Shown: one piece after another, positions 25,909-39,300 of the stretch
Position numbering within the stretch: position 1 is the stretch's first letter
Layout of the letters: each line of letters opens with the position of its first letter
Source: Azolla caroliniana
Taxonomy: Eukaryota; Plantae; Polypodiophyta
Direction: 5' to 3'
Length of the DNA: 64,000 bases
Assembly (NCBI GenBank): GCA_043228905.1
Contig: JBHGNT010000009.1
Span: 20,150,001-20,214,000 of the forward strand
Notes under the pieces: model-generated
Seen by the model: only the letters and a program-made list of their open reading frames with translations
Database searches by the model: none
What the model was told of the DNA's origin: nothing
Program-made: the position numbers and the translations under genes

Positions 25909-27390
25909 ATAAGCTTACCATATCAAGATTTTAGGAAATCAAACATGTAATATGATGGTGTGCTCATTAAGAATCTCTTTAAATAATTTTGGTTTGGTAT
26001 TATGAATACCAATATTTTAACTCTAAGAATAAATATAGATCATCCACATCAACCTTTTATCTCCCAAAGAAAATGGCTTTGCAATGTCAACCTCAACATG
26101 TTCCTTTCTTTCCACAAACTTTGAGGGGCATAACAATGTTAACATTAGAGGCAAATGAACTATCAATAACATAATGGGCCAACAAGAAGCACTATAATGA
26201 CACTCTTGAGTCTCTAGTTTAAGTTTGATCAAGGAACCCTAAAAGAAATCGAGAATTGGTGTTGAGTTAACATTAAATTTGGTTTTGGCAAAATCCATGA
26301 TCTAGGAAAATGTGTTGAGCGCTTTTATTGTGGAGCATCATTTATAAAAATATCTAATTGAATGTAGTTTCAAAAATAATAATAAATATCCTATATACAA
26401 AGTTCATATTTCCTATACATAAGCCTAAATGTGTTCATTTTTATCATGTACATTTGATTAATTAAACAATCCTAAGTATTCGAGATAATTTATGAATTTA
26501 AACCTTAGAATTACATCCTTTGACAATTTAATTATAATAAGAGAACATCTTATCGGATTGTTTCAAGTCATCCCCATTGACACAATAGAGTTTGATAATA
26601 ACCTCATGATAACCAAGACTAAACTTCTAGATGAGCATTGCTTACTTCATGATGATATTGTGACGAAGACACTACGTGATAAAGAAAAAAATGAAAGGTG
26701 AAATGATTGACTTTATCCATGATGTTATAAGAAACCTTATACTCACACAAATTATTGCTTATAGATGTCCCTTGAAATTATAAAATAAAAATAAAAATAT
26801 AAACATGTCGGTGTATTGTTAAAGCTTGCACTTTTTTGATCAAAGGTCATGGGTTAATAATTGTCTTGAACAGTGGGTTTGACATTGTGTTGCTATCAAA
26901 GAAATGATTCTTAATCATGAATTGTGATTATGCACACTCCAAAGACAATGCCGACACAGATTGTCACATATGCATGTAGTAAGGACAAATGAAAACCAAT
27001 TAAATTGCTCTTTTAAAATAAAATGCAATGCATTCAAAAATAGAAACAGTTGTTCCCGATGGGTTGGTTGATAATGATTTTTAGTTAAACGTTGGCACCT
27101 TTTCACCCTTGGTTGCTATCATTTCAACATATTGACATATCTCCTTACTAATTTGCAATAGTTTGATATTTCTTTCGACATAATCTCTAAAATTTCATCC
27201 AAGCTTAATTTAGGAAAGTATAGCATTATTACATAAGTATCATAATTTCCATACCTTTTTAAAGTTGTGCCAAAACTTTCACACATGAAACATCCATCCA
27301 AAATAATGGAAACAATTCCCAATATAAAGATGTGTGAAATGGGAAATATAAGGAGCATAACGCCATAATTCCTAGCACGTACATATGTCA

Positions 27391-28890
27391 ACCATAGATT
27401 GACATATTCACATTCGTGGGGCTTCCCATTCGAATGCAAACCAATACGCATACGAATGCATGGTCAAGTATTCGTTTAACCTTAAAAAAAAAAAGAGAGA
27501 GAGTCCAAGAACTCCCTCCTTTTTTAGTTACTAGGATAAAAAAAAAGGGACTTGACAATAAAAAGGGATATTAAAAGAGGGACTTGACACTAATAAATTT
27601 TTATAATAAATATAAAAGTATTTGTTCTATTTTTAATAGATAAATAAAATAAAATAAAGGTTCATTAATTCCTCACTTTTTATTCTCTCAAAAATTATGG
27701 ATATTTTTATTTTGACATTATAAATTGGACTTCACACAAATTATATTTCTATAATAATATACAAATATTTGTTTAAAAAAATTTTAATTAATTAAAATAA
27801 AGGTTTATAAACTTCTCCATTTTTTATTTGACACTATAAAGGAGAATTAATACTAATCATATGTTTATAATCTATTAATAAATGATTATTCTTTTTTTAG
27901 TGAATTAAATTTATTTAAATAAAAAAATGAATGAATTAATATTTTTATATATTTATTTTATAAAACGAATGGTTTTATAATATTCTTAGGGCCATTTCGT
28001 ATTCTCGAATATTGTGAATATTACACATGGAGAATATGTGTCACTCTATGATGCCAACATTTCAAACGGGGTGCGAAACCCAAAATTTATAATAGATGTA
28101 TGATGTTTCATTTCAATCAGTTTGGCATTTTGTACTAACACTCGAGGAATTCAGCCTTGAACTCATAAAATCTTGTGTTTTAGTTGTCCTCATTTATACT
28201 TGAGAACATAATACGTAAAATTCGTGTTCGTATACTATATTATTCGTTTTCCTAAGTTTGAAAACGAACACGAATGATATTCAAATATTCGTGTTTTTTT
28301 TTTCCTTTTTCCCCTTTTTTTACCTTTTTTTAAAGGTTTTTTACCTCTTCCCCCCCTCTTCCTCTACACATCAATGCTACGCTCTGCTCTCCTCCCCTTT
28401 CCCCCTTTTCCTCTGCACATCAACGCTACGCTCTGCTCTCCTCCCCTTTTCCCCCTTTTCCTTGAACGATCTGCTGTTTGCATCATGCACACTAGTCAAT
28501 AGTGAGTTAGTGACCACATCTTCTCCCGGCCATTACTATCTGTAATTTGTCACTAATTTTTGTAATTTTTTCGTAATTTCTGTAATTTTTGTAATTTCGT
28601 TGTAATTTCTGTAATTGTTTTGTAATTTCTGTAGTTTTGTTGTAAAATCTGTAATTTTGTTGTAATTTCTATAATTTTGTTGTAATTTTTGTAATTTTGT
28701 TGTAATTTCTATTATTAAGAAGGTAATGTTTTTTTTTGCAATTTAAAATTTTTTTTTACCTTGAAAAAATATTTACCTTATAGTAAATAATTTATCCAAA
28801 AGTATGGTATTTATCATTCTTCGAGGGTGTTTACCCTTCTCGAATGATTGAATCATTCTCGAACACGAATGCACGAATGGTACACATGGT
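27391..28890. mobile_element. Probable non-autonomous DNA transposon with AT-rich core and subterminal ttcg/cgaa motifs
   Basis: Imperfect inverted ends (accat...cattcgtg / cacgaatg...atggt). Internal duplication ~28369-28462 and (tgtaattt)n array 28541-28712. No clear TSD. Confidence 0.35.
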
Positions 28891-29699
28891 TCATACTATG
28901 CTTGAGAACTATCCTTGAGTGACAAATAGCTCGAAGGTGGGAGTGATATCTAAATTTGATAGTGACTAGCCTTATTTGGGAATTCTCCACATGAATAGTA
29001 AATGAATTTGAGGTATAGAGACTTGGGGGAAGAGAAAGGAATATATTGTGTGAAGAATACTGGCTTGTGTATATCATATATCAATGTGGCGAATGCAATG
29101 ACATATATTAAGGAAAGCAAAGAATTTAACATCGAGACAAGGGGAAACTAATATTAATAAGTAAAAGGATAATATAGATGAGAATATTAAAACAATATTG
29201 TTGTATTAGAGGAGATGCAATGAATGATATATGTTAGATGCTTTTATAGGACACATGTATAAATGAATAAGATGAGGATGGACTATTGAGAATGATGGAC
29301 GCTAGACAAGAGCCATCCGTCCAAATGATTATGAAATATCATAATTGGATTTACAATGTTTTGAAAGAGCAATTATATAGCAGAACTCATTGATCTACGA
29401 ATTAGGACACTTGTTACCCTACTAAAATTGCATTAGATAGAGTGACACGAATATAGATTATTTGTTTCAAAATTTGAGGAAAATTTTGCCTAAGAATCTT
29501 CTATCGGCACAAATATAACATTATCTTATGTGAAATTTGAATATGGTTTAATGCATACTTCCTATAAAGAAGGTCACATCTTATTTTAGAAAAAATATCA
29601 CAATAAGAAGATTTGCCCATTGTTGAAGGCAACGTACTACACTAGGTTGTTGCCTCATTTTCCTTTGATTCCATGATCGAGGGACATCTATTTATGCAT

Positions 29700-31200
29700 G
29701 AGTATTTTCTTGATGACATGGCATAAGAAGCTTGATCAATATAAGAATATACTAGCTTCCAAGACTATTAAGTGTTGGAGAGAATAATGCCAATTGGGTT
29801 GATCTAGTGTGAACCTTCCAAGACTATTTAGGTGTTGGTGAGGTCGGTTGGTCTTTTTTGGAGTGAGAGTGAGGGAATCTTCAAATTGAGTGTTGTATCT
29901 TCAACACTATGTGAATAGTTCTTTGTCATCTCCATGCATCTTTATGTGCTATGCTTCAATTGAGATTTTATATCTTTATTGTTTACACCTATAAGTGCAT
30001 GGATTTAGTGTGCTTTTGCATGGCATTTGGTGAACTCAACATGAATGGGTGGCAAGGAGGTGGCAGACCAAGGACAGATGTCAACTACAATGGCTTTGTT
30101 TAAGAGAATGGTTCAAGAGAAAAGAGTAATGATGGAGCCGAAATTGACTAGATTATTGATTGGAGAGTCAGAATGTCTCACTCTACATACAAGACTACAA
30201 AATGGAGATGCTTCAAGGAGGAATTTATGAAGCATTGTGTGAAGTTATTTTTTGTTCGAAAGAAAAGATTGTTGCAAATACGTTGGATGCTAGGATGTCC
30301 AAGAATAAAGCACGATATGAAAGGTTCAAGTATCATAATAATCAAAGAATGAAGGAACTTGAAGGGATAAAGTTAAAAACATTTTTCAAAAGTGTCAAAA
30401 AGTAGCAAAAAGTAGCAAAAAGTAAGGTGTGGCTATAAAGATTTAGATAGATAAAAAGGCTTATAACGTCTTCATCTGATATCCGAATTTCGAAAGAAAA
30501 AAAGCATTAAAAAGTTGACAAGGTCCAAAATGATCTTGTATGACAAATTTGGGATTAGAGAGGAGAAATAATGGTATAAAAAACGTTTCACATAGACTCG
30601 AGTATATATTTTTTAAAATAGAGCAAGAATAACGCAACCCAAAAACCTATGAATCAGAGGGTATTCTTAGCCATAAGGAGGAAGGAAGAATATAATGTTA
30701 AAAGAAGTGAGAAGAGGCATAGTAGAAGAAAGAAGGAGATGAAGGACTTTTATGAGTTTGGGTGATTGGAAATGAAGTAGTTCTTTGGTTTTGTGGTTTT
30801 ATTTGGGGTCAATTCAATTTGTATTGTTTCCATAATAGAATATTGTAACATTCATTTCTTTTCCGCTTCTCTTCTCTATATCTCTTCATCACATTGCAAA
30901 TTTCATTGTTTGGAGAGTTGTAATCAGCCAATTCCAAATTCATATTCAAGAGCTGCAAGATGGTGAGACGACATGGGTGAGTTTCAGACAAATGACGCTC
31001 AAGGTGTTTGACATGGACGATGCCTCAAAGATAACGTTATGCGGATTTGTGGATTCGACCAAATCAACCCATAAAAATGTGGTTGATTGTAAACATCCTT
31101 GCTAAATTCGAGAATCACTTCAACTAAGTTATGGTGAGGGATCAAGGTCTTCTCCAACCCTCTATCGTACATTTTATAACTCCTGTTTTAAGAAGTTTTG
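29700..31200 (+). mobile_element. Highly degenerate LTR element of the tRNA-Trp-primed group
   Basis: catttggtgaactcaacatgaa at ~30024-30045 is a CpG-decayed version of the PBS region catttggtgaacccgacgtgaa of element D, and is followed by a gag-like start. Boundaries are approximate. Confidence 0.45.
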
Positions 31201-31426
31201 CGTATTCTACATATTTAACAAGTATTTAACATTTCCAATATCCCTAAATGTGGGCAATAAAGGGAGGGGGTAGAGAGTGTGAGAGAGAAAAGAATGAAAG
31301 AAATTAATGTCTTCTAAGGCCAAAATTGGCCCATGAGACAATTGGTTTACAACAAAATGGGTATTTATCCAATCATCAAAACTAAAATAAAAGTAAAGTA
31401 AAAATAGCTTAAGCTAAAAGAGTTCT

Positions 31427-32070
31427 CTAAGCATATTCTTGCTGAAAATCATTATTTTGCACATCATTGTGCTGAGCATCATCATTTTGGGCATCACCAT
31501 ATTGACCAATAACAATTTTTCGTGACTGCCCACATGTACAAGCATCTACATCAATAAGATTTTTCTGTTTTACATCAACAGAAGGCATAATATCTTTAAA
31601 TGCAACCTTTCTTACTTCTACCTCCTTTACGCACAGTTTATGCATTTTGTTCTCATAAAAAACAACATCACTACTTTTGACCACGGTACGTGCGTCAGGG
31701 TCCCATAAGCGATATCCAAACTGCCCATCAATTCTGTAACCAAGGAATATACATTTTCTACATTTATAGTCCAATTTCTTTCTTAAAGTTTTTGGAATGT
31801 GTACATATGCTTTGCATCCAAAAACTGTAAGATGAGCATAATGAGGTGTCTTGCCTATCCACAACTCTTGTGACACTTTTAGACCTATGGCTGTGTTTGG
31901 TGATAGATTAATCACATGGATAGTTGTTAAAACAACTTTTGCCCAAAAACCTTGCGAGAGGTTTGCATGGTGTAACATAGAGACAACTCTGTCCTGGATG
32001 GTTCTATTCATCCTCTCAGACACATCATTTTGGATAGGGGTGTAAGGAGTTGTAAACTCTCTCCGAATGC
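31427..32070 (-). mobile_element. Ty1/copia integrase fragment (Tnt1-like)
   Basis: PYTPIQN..SERMNRT, FGCKAYVHIPK..RKKLD, CIFLGY, GYRLWDP, SSDVVF. Confidence 0.85.
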
Positions 32071-32074
32071 CAAA

Positions 32075-32826
32075 AAAATAGGCACGAAAAAAGAGTTCCT
32101 ACAGAAGCAAGTATTGGATATTACCTCTGTTTGACGAGTTCTTGAAAATTAGCATGCACAGAGGGGTAAAAACAAGGAAATCAAATGATTTCCTCACAAT
32201 GTCTTCACGCAGTCCTGCACTTTGATACCACTGTTGTGAGGAGTAATGGAAACGGATGAGCTGTTGTTTTTTCCCTGCAGAAAAATGGTGAATAGCACAC
32301 AAAAAAAGAAGACAAAAAAACAACTTTTTGGTGGGGCGGGGGCGCACAAAACCCTCGTTTCTATTGACTTATATACCTATTCACAAATAGTGAGAAATTA
32401 CATTTTTGGCCTTTCTCACTATCAAGCGGTTGGCCGAATTGGCCTTTATCAAGGGGTATGGGACGAAGGCCACATATTCTTACTCAGTCGCCCGTCTTCA
32501 TGCTGAAGCCTCTTCTTTTCTTTTCTTTTCTTTTCTTTCCTTTTCTTTCTTGCGCACCCTTATCGATTCAAGACTGTCTACAGTGGGATAGTGCTTGGTA
32601 CAAGTTAGCTCTTCTAAAGCAATTCATATAAAATCACTAGAGTTGAAACTCCGGTCAAGGGACATCCGCCATAAGAATAATCGAGAAAAGTTAGAGTAGA
32701 CATGAGGGATTCTCTAAAGGAAAGGCTTCATGACAGGATGATAGATAAAGGTACAGTCCGATCCATACAGAGACATATAGCGTTTAGCATTAGGCAAACA
32801 CAACATGAGGCTATTTAACATATGTG
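32075..32826 (+). other. NUMT: 3' part of a mitochondrial group I intron of cox1 (position consistent with cox1i395)
   Basis: P7 pairing gactgt (32572-32577)/acagtc (32753-32758) within an S-like aaaggtacagtcc motif. Further helix tgtctac/gtagaca. Terminal G at 32826 directly before cox1 resumes mid-codon (c TAT CCC). Left boundary uncertain. Confidence 0.65.
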
Positions 32827-33316
32827 CTATCCCCTTCTAAGTAGTATAACCAATCATTCCGGAGGAGCTGTTGATTTAGCCACTTGTAGTCTCTACCTAT
32901 CAGGTGTTTTCTTTATTTTAGGTTTCATTAATTTTATAACCATTATCCTTAACACACGCGGACCCGGAATGACCATGCATAGATTATCCCTATCCGTTCG
33001 GTTCGTTTCAGTGACAACATTCCTACCTTTACCACCTCCTCTTGTACCGGTGGGTGCAATTACCATGTCATCAACCGATTGAAACTCTAATATCATCTCT
33101 TCTGACCCTGTTGGAGGGGGGAACCCTATCTTATACTAGCATCCTTCTCCGCTCCATGGTTATCTAGAGGTTCATACTTTTATTCCATCAGGACTTGGTA
33201 TCATTAGTTATATCGTCTCCACTATCCCCAAAAACCTGTCTTCGGTTATTTAGGCATGGTGTATGCCATGATCAGTATTGGAGTTCTTGTATTTACTGCT
33301 TGGGCTTATTATAAGT
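32827..33316 (+). pseudogene. cox1: NUMT: mitochondrial cox1 fragment, part 1 (YPPLS to WAHH region)
   Basis: [18 protein letters not shown]...[15 protein letters not shown]...GAITM..TD*N..DPVGGG.P..., clearly COX1, with stops and frameshifts. Confidence 0.95.
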
Positions 33317-36300
33317 TGTAAATGTTAACGTGCGGAAGCGTTAGACAGAACCGGCTCAACCAGATAGCAACAGAGAATAAGATGAAAGTTTAATGGAGAA
33401 GCTTAATACACAAAGAGTATACGCGGGAGAGATAGAGAGAGTAGAACGTAAACGTAGATTCAAAAATAATAAAAACACTTTGTAAACTCTATGTACATAC
33501 AATGTGCTTTCACAACTCTATTTATACAAGTCCTTAGAAGGATTGATAGAAGTACAGTGTACTTCAATATTCCTACGTGTGACTTACACTAACTATGAGA
33601 CAATGATTACCTAGTAGTCTAGGCTACTACTAGGCTTCTGGTTCGCGCTCGAATCCGGCACTCCGATCCATCCAGTTGTTTCTGGATGCCATCCGGATAC
33701 CGATCCGGTTCTTGGTTTCGAATACCAATTCGGCTCTGGCTTATCCAGCCGATCCGGATTTGGTTGAGGTTGCCGCTCAACAGTCCCCCTCAAGCTCAAC
33801 TTGAGGTCGGATCGTGGTGTTAGTGTCCGTGGCAGTCGGTTCTTCTACCCAGCTCCTTCTAGCGTCGCTCCGCCTTGCTCGCGCTCCTCGTCCGGTCCGG
33901 TTCTGTTTGCCACGACCCTTCTGCTTCTGCGCACCTCGACCTCCTTGGTCGGCTTGTCTGCTCAACAGGCCCATTTCAGCTCCCTCGCTGGTGCGACTCC
34001 GGCGCTTGTCGACCCGTCGGTTCCTTCATGTTGGCATCGACTTCCGTTGCGTCCATGTCCGCTTGGCCTTTAGTTGATCCGACTCTTCCAAATCCAACTG
34101 TTGAAGCGAATCGGTTGTCTCCAATTCATTCCCGCTCTTGTCCGAGTCAGTGTTCTCCAACTCGTCGTCCGATTTCAGGCCCTTCACCACATCAGACCAT
34201 GTCCGGGTCTTGGCCTTCTCCTTCCGGTTGGCTCTGTCCTTCTTGACTTTGTCGCCGCTACCGCTTATTCCGACTTGTTCGGATGTGCCGACCTCCTTTG
34301 TTGACTCGGCTTCCTTTTTCCTCTTGTCTCCCCCTTTGTTGGTTCTTCCCTTTCCGGTTCCTTGTCCAGTGCCGTCAGCAGTTTCTTTGCCTTTTGCCCG
34401 TTATGGCACCGATTTCTTTGCCTTTGCTGATTCTCCCCCTCAAGTGCGGCACGTCAAGATGTTGAACACCAAGCATTTCGATGAACTGCTACAACTTGTT
34501 TGATCCGAGCGGTTTGGTGAAGATGTCGGCAATCTGTTGATCTATCTGAACATACCAAAGTTCGACTTCACCACTCACGCACGAAGTGATAATGCACATC
34601 TATGTGCTTTGTTCAAGCATGGAAAACGGGGTTCTTGGCGAGCTGAATGTTGCTCATGTTGTCATAATAGATCAGGATCGGGGTCAGTACCTCAATTCGC
34701 AAGTCTTGAAGCAGTCGCCGAAGCAAGATGGCTTCACAGGTGGCAATGGTAGTGCCCCGGTATTTAGCCTCAATGCTCGACAGAGCCATTGTTGGTTGCT
34801 TTTTGCTGCTCCAAGCAACAATCATGCTACCAAGAGAAAACATGTAACCGGAGGTGAATCGACAATCCGATGCATCACCAGCCCAGTCGGCATCGGTATA
34901 TCCGACTAGCTTCCCAGCTATACAGTGTCGGTATAACAGTCTCCGGTCCTTCATGCCGCTAACATACTGGAGTATCCGGTGTGCGCACTGAAGGTGCTCA
35001 ACGGTCAGCTTCTGCATGAACTGGTTGATCACTCCGATCGGGTAACTGATGTCGGGTCGAGTGATTGTCAGGTATATGAGGCTTCTGACAATTTGTTGGA
35101 ACCGTTTCTCATTGTAGGTCGGTCCGGAGTCAGGACGTAGCTTCAGGTTCCGGTCCAGGGGTGTAGAGATCAGTCGGCATTCCGTCATGCCAAACTTGTA
35201 CAGCATATTCAACACATAATGGCGTTGTGAGAGTAATATGCCGTCGGGGGTTTCGATCACCTCGATCCCAAGAAAATAATGAAGGTCCCCCAGGTCCTTC
35301 ATTTCAAATGTGTCCGACAACTAGGACTTCACTCGGCCGATTTCATTGAGTTCGGGGTCCGGTGATGACCAAATCATCTACATAAAGCAAAATGCAAACC
35401 AGATCGTCCGGACCGTTCCGGATGAACAATGAAGAGTTGGACTTTGAGGCCGCAAACCCCCTTACGCAACTGGTTCGTGATCTTCACATTCCAAGCTCTG
35501 GGGGCTTGCTTCAGACCGCAAAGCGACTTCTTGAGTCAGCATACTGTTGACTTGTTCATCTCTTATTGAAAACCGAGGGGTTGGATCATATAGACCCGTT
35601 CTTCAAGATCACCTTGAAGAAATGCATTCTTCACATCCATTTGGTGAAGATGCCATTCCCTTGCCACACCAACTGCCAGTACCACACGAACTGTCGTCAT
35701 CTTCACTACTGGAGCGAAGGTCTCGTTGTAGTCGATTCCGTGGGTTTGCGCGTATCCCTTCGCCACTAACCAGGCCTTGTACTGGTTGACTGAACCGCCA
35801 GCGTTGTACTTTACCTTGTATACTTATTTGCAACCGATCGGTTTGCACTGTTGGGGAGGGACAACGAGGTCCCATGTGTCATTGGCATTGAGTGCCCTCA
35901 TTTCTTCTTCCATAGTGGCACGCCAATTTGCGTCCTTTGCCACTTTTGCGTACCTCTCTGGCTCACGCACTTCCGCCACTTTGGTCATGTACGCATGCAT
36001 AGTGATGCGCCATGTACTCATTGTACCCGTACCGTGTAACGGGGTTCTTCTAGCGGGAAGACTGGCATAACTTGTCATCACCCGGTTTGGGGCCCTTCTT
36101 GGCCGGTTTGGACTTCGTTCCTGAAGATCCGCCTTCATCCTTTTCGGAGTCGGATTCGCTCCGATCCGACTCAACGTTGCCGGTTTCGTATTCCGACATT
36201 TCTTGCTTCCCTTTCTCTTTGCGCGTGAACCGTTTCCTCGGTTCTTTGCGCGGAGAGAGTACGGGAGAGTCTCCACTACTCGCTGGTTCCTCATCCGACT

Positions 36301-39300
36301 AGTCACTTTGACCCAGTCGCTTGTTCGGTCCGCTCAACCGAAACGATTCTGGACTCTCTTCTAGAGTCTCAAGCTCGTCATCTTCTATTTGGACCGGTTC
36401 AGGCTCACTGGCCTCATCCTCTGAGCTTGGGTCGGAGTCGGAAGTCGGAGTCGGTAGAGAGTACCACGATGTCGTCTCATCGAACTCAACATCTTGGCTT
36501 ACTCGAACTTGCTTCGTCTGGGGGTTATAGCACTTATACCCCTTCTGGTCATGCGAGTAACCGACCAGGATGCACTTCTCAGACTTCGGATCAAGCTTCC
36601 TCCGCTTCTCATGTGGTACATGCACATATGTTATGCTGCCGAATATCCAAAGGTGTCTCAAATTCGGCTTGCACTCGAAATACAGTTCGTGTGCTGACAC
36701 CTTATCACCGATCTGGTTTTGGAAGTAGACGGTCGTCCGGACCGCCTCAACCTAGTAGAATTGGGGCATGCTCTTCTCCTCCAGAATTGCCTTTGCCGCG
36801 TCGACAATCGACCGGTTCTTCCTTTCGGCACACCATTTTGCTCCGGTGTGTATCTGCAGTTGAATTCTCTCTGAATTCCGTTTTGTTATTGATATTGTTG
36901 AATTGGCCAGAAAAGTATTCTTTTCCGCCATCCAACCGCATGCACTTGATCTTCCTCTCCGTTTCTTGTTCAACTAAGCTTTGCAAGTTCTAGAAACATT
37001 CGAAGACTTCGCTCTTCCTCTCAATGAGGTAGATCCATATGTGTGGGCTATAGTCGTTGATGAAGGAGACGAAATACCCACTCCCACCAAGACTAACGTT
37101 TTGTGCTAGTCCCCATACATCTGAATGGATTAAGTCGAGCTTGTTATGGCTCCGGTTCGTTCGGTGGGGAATGGAAGCCTGTGTTGCTTCCCGAGTTGGT
37201 AGGCTTCACAAATTTCGGCCTTTCGGCCGCTAAATTTCGGCAAACCCAAAACAACTTGTTTCGATTGCAGGTCCTGAAGCCTCCGGTAATTGACGTGGCC
37301 GATCCGCTTCTGCCACAGGTCGATGTTCGACTCGACCTTCTGCCCTTTCACAAACATAGTGGTGCCGATGTCATTAGTGTTGAGGATGAACATCCTCCCG
37401 TCTTTGCGCCCTTGCGCGATTATCCGGCCTTCTTCTTCGATGAAGCACCCGAGGTGCATAAACCACACCTGCATTCCTTGGTCGACGATTTGTCCGACCG
37501 ACACTAGGTTCTTTGTGATTGTTGGAACATGTAGTACGTACATTAGCTTCCCCTTTTGTCCGACATGGCTTGACGGGACTTCTCCGACATGCACAATCGG
37601 GTGAGAGGTGTCATCTCTGGTTTCGACAATCCCCGGTTGTTCCGGTTGTTCTGGTTTCTCCAAAAAGGAGAACCACTCTTCATGGCTTGTCATGTGGTTG
37701 GACGCTCCGGAATCAACGTACCATACATCCTCTGATCTAGAAGTGGTCTTCTTCATCGAGTTCGCCTTGTGCTTGATCGCGAAGGCTGGCCCTTTACCGG
37801 TTTTCCCGGTTCCGGATCCCTCCGATTCTTCAGCGTAGTGCGAGCTTTGTCGGTTTTCCCGACCGGTTTTGCCGGATCCAGATTTGTTCGAATCGGCGCG
37901 CTTCTTCCAACACTCGCGTTCCCTGTGGCCCTTTTTGCCACAGTACCAGCATTTTGTGTCGGCTTTTCCTTGCCAGCTTCCGGCGCCATTGTGACTCCCC
38001 CTGCTTGTGGAGGGTCCGGAACTACTGTTGACACTACCTCTGTGCCTTCAGTTCTGCTCTTGCTGGCATCTACCATTGCGTGCCGACCCACCTCATCGAC
38101 CACGTCCATGGGGCTGATCTGTCTCCATGTACAACATCTGGCCGTCCGTGAGTGGTCCTCGACCCACTCGAGTGGTTTTCTTCGACCATTAGCATCGATT
38201 GCAAGTCGAAGAAAGATGGTGGCTTCTCCCGAGTGCAGATCGTTGTCCGGATTGGCCTGTATCTTTGCGCTAGACCAACGAGGCTAATTTGTACCATCTC
38301 ATCTTCGTCCACCATAACCATAACCAAGTGCGTCACAAATCTCCTTTATCTTGGTGGTGTAATCCATAACCGACATGTCTCTTTAACAAATGTTGTTCAG
38401 CTCTTGCCGGAGCTGCAACTTACAGGTTGTGGTACTCGTAGAGAAAATCTTCTGTAGATTTTCCCATGCCTCCTTCGGCGTCTTTGCATCCTTGATGTAG
38501 CTGAGCATCTGATCGTACACACCGGACGCGAGACCGTACAGTACTCTCAACTCACTCCTTGCTCCCATGCCGGGAAGTCATTGTGTGTCGGCTCTAGTGC
38601 TACCTCGTTGGTTCCTTCCACGTCGCTCCAATAGCCATGCCCCAACAAGTACTGGTGCATTTTATATGACCAAGACGCATAGTTGCTCCAGTCGAGCTTC
38701 TCTGTTGGAAGTGAACTCACCATACCTCTGTCCATACCTTTCTCTATTTGTTGTTGCCGGTTACTTGGGTTTGTCTTCAAAAGCGTTGTCGTGCCTTTCG
38801 GCTCCGGATCGTTGCGTGAGTCGGGTGGGAACCACAGAGGTCTTGGACTAGGAGAAAGAAGTTCGTGAGATAGAGATTAATAATGAGTAAATAGCAAAGA
38901 GAAAGATAAGAAACTCGTGAATCACACGAGTATACTATATTAATTGGTACTTAGGGTGTTAAGAGAGAAGTAGATGTATAAATCGTGAATCCCACGAATA
39001 ATTTTTGTATTAATTAATCCTTAGTCCAAATAATCAACAACTCTTTACATATTTCTCTCCTCCTTATATAAGGAAGGAAGAGCTAAGCATGGCTTCATGC
39101 TTTTTTTTTACAAAAAGTGTTCATGTCCACTAAATGTGCATGTGATGCTTTTTTATTTCCTAAGTATAGGGCTCATGCACGCTAGATGTGCATGAGTTAT
39201 TTTTAGTGTCTCGTGTTTTTTCTTTTTCATATATTAAAGAAATACACGATTTACCTTTTAATAAAGGTATGCATAAATAAAGGTCTTATACATATTAAAT

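Noticed and set aside
32246-32591. Intact homing endonuclease in the NUMT intron
   Set aside because: Only short broken frames and no recognisable LAGLIDADG motif by eye; at most a remnant.
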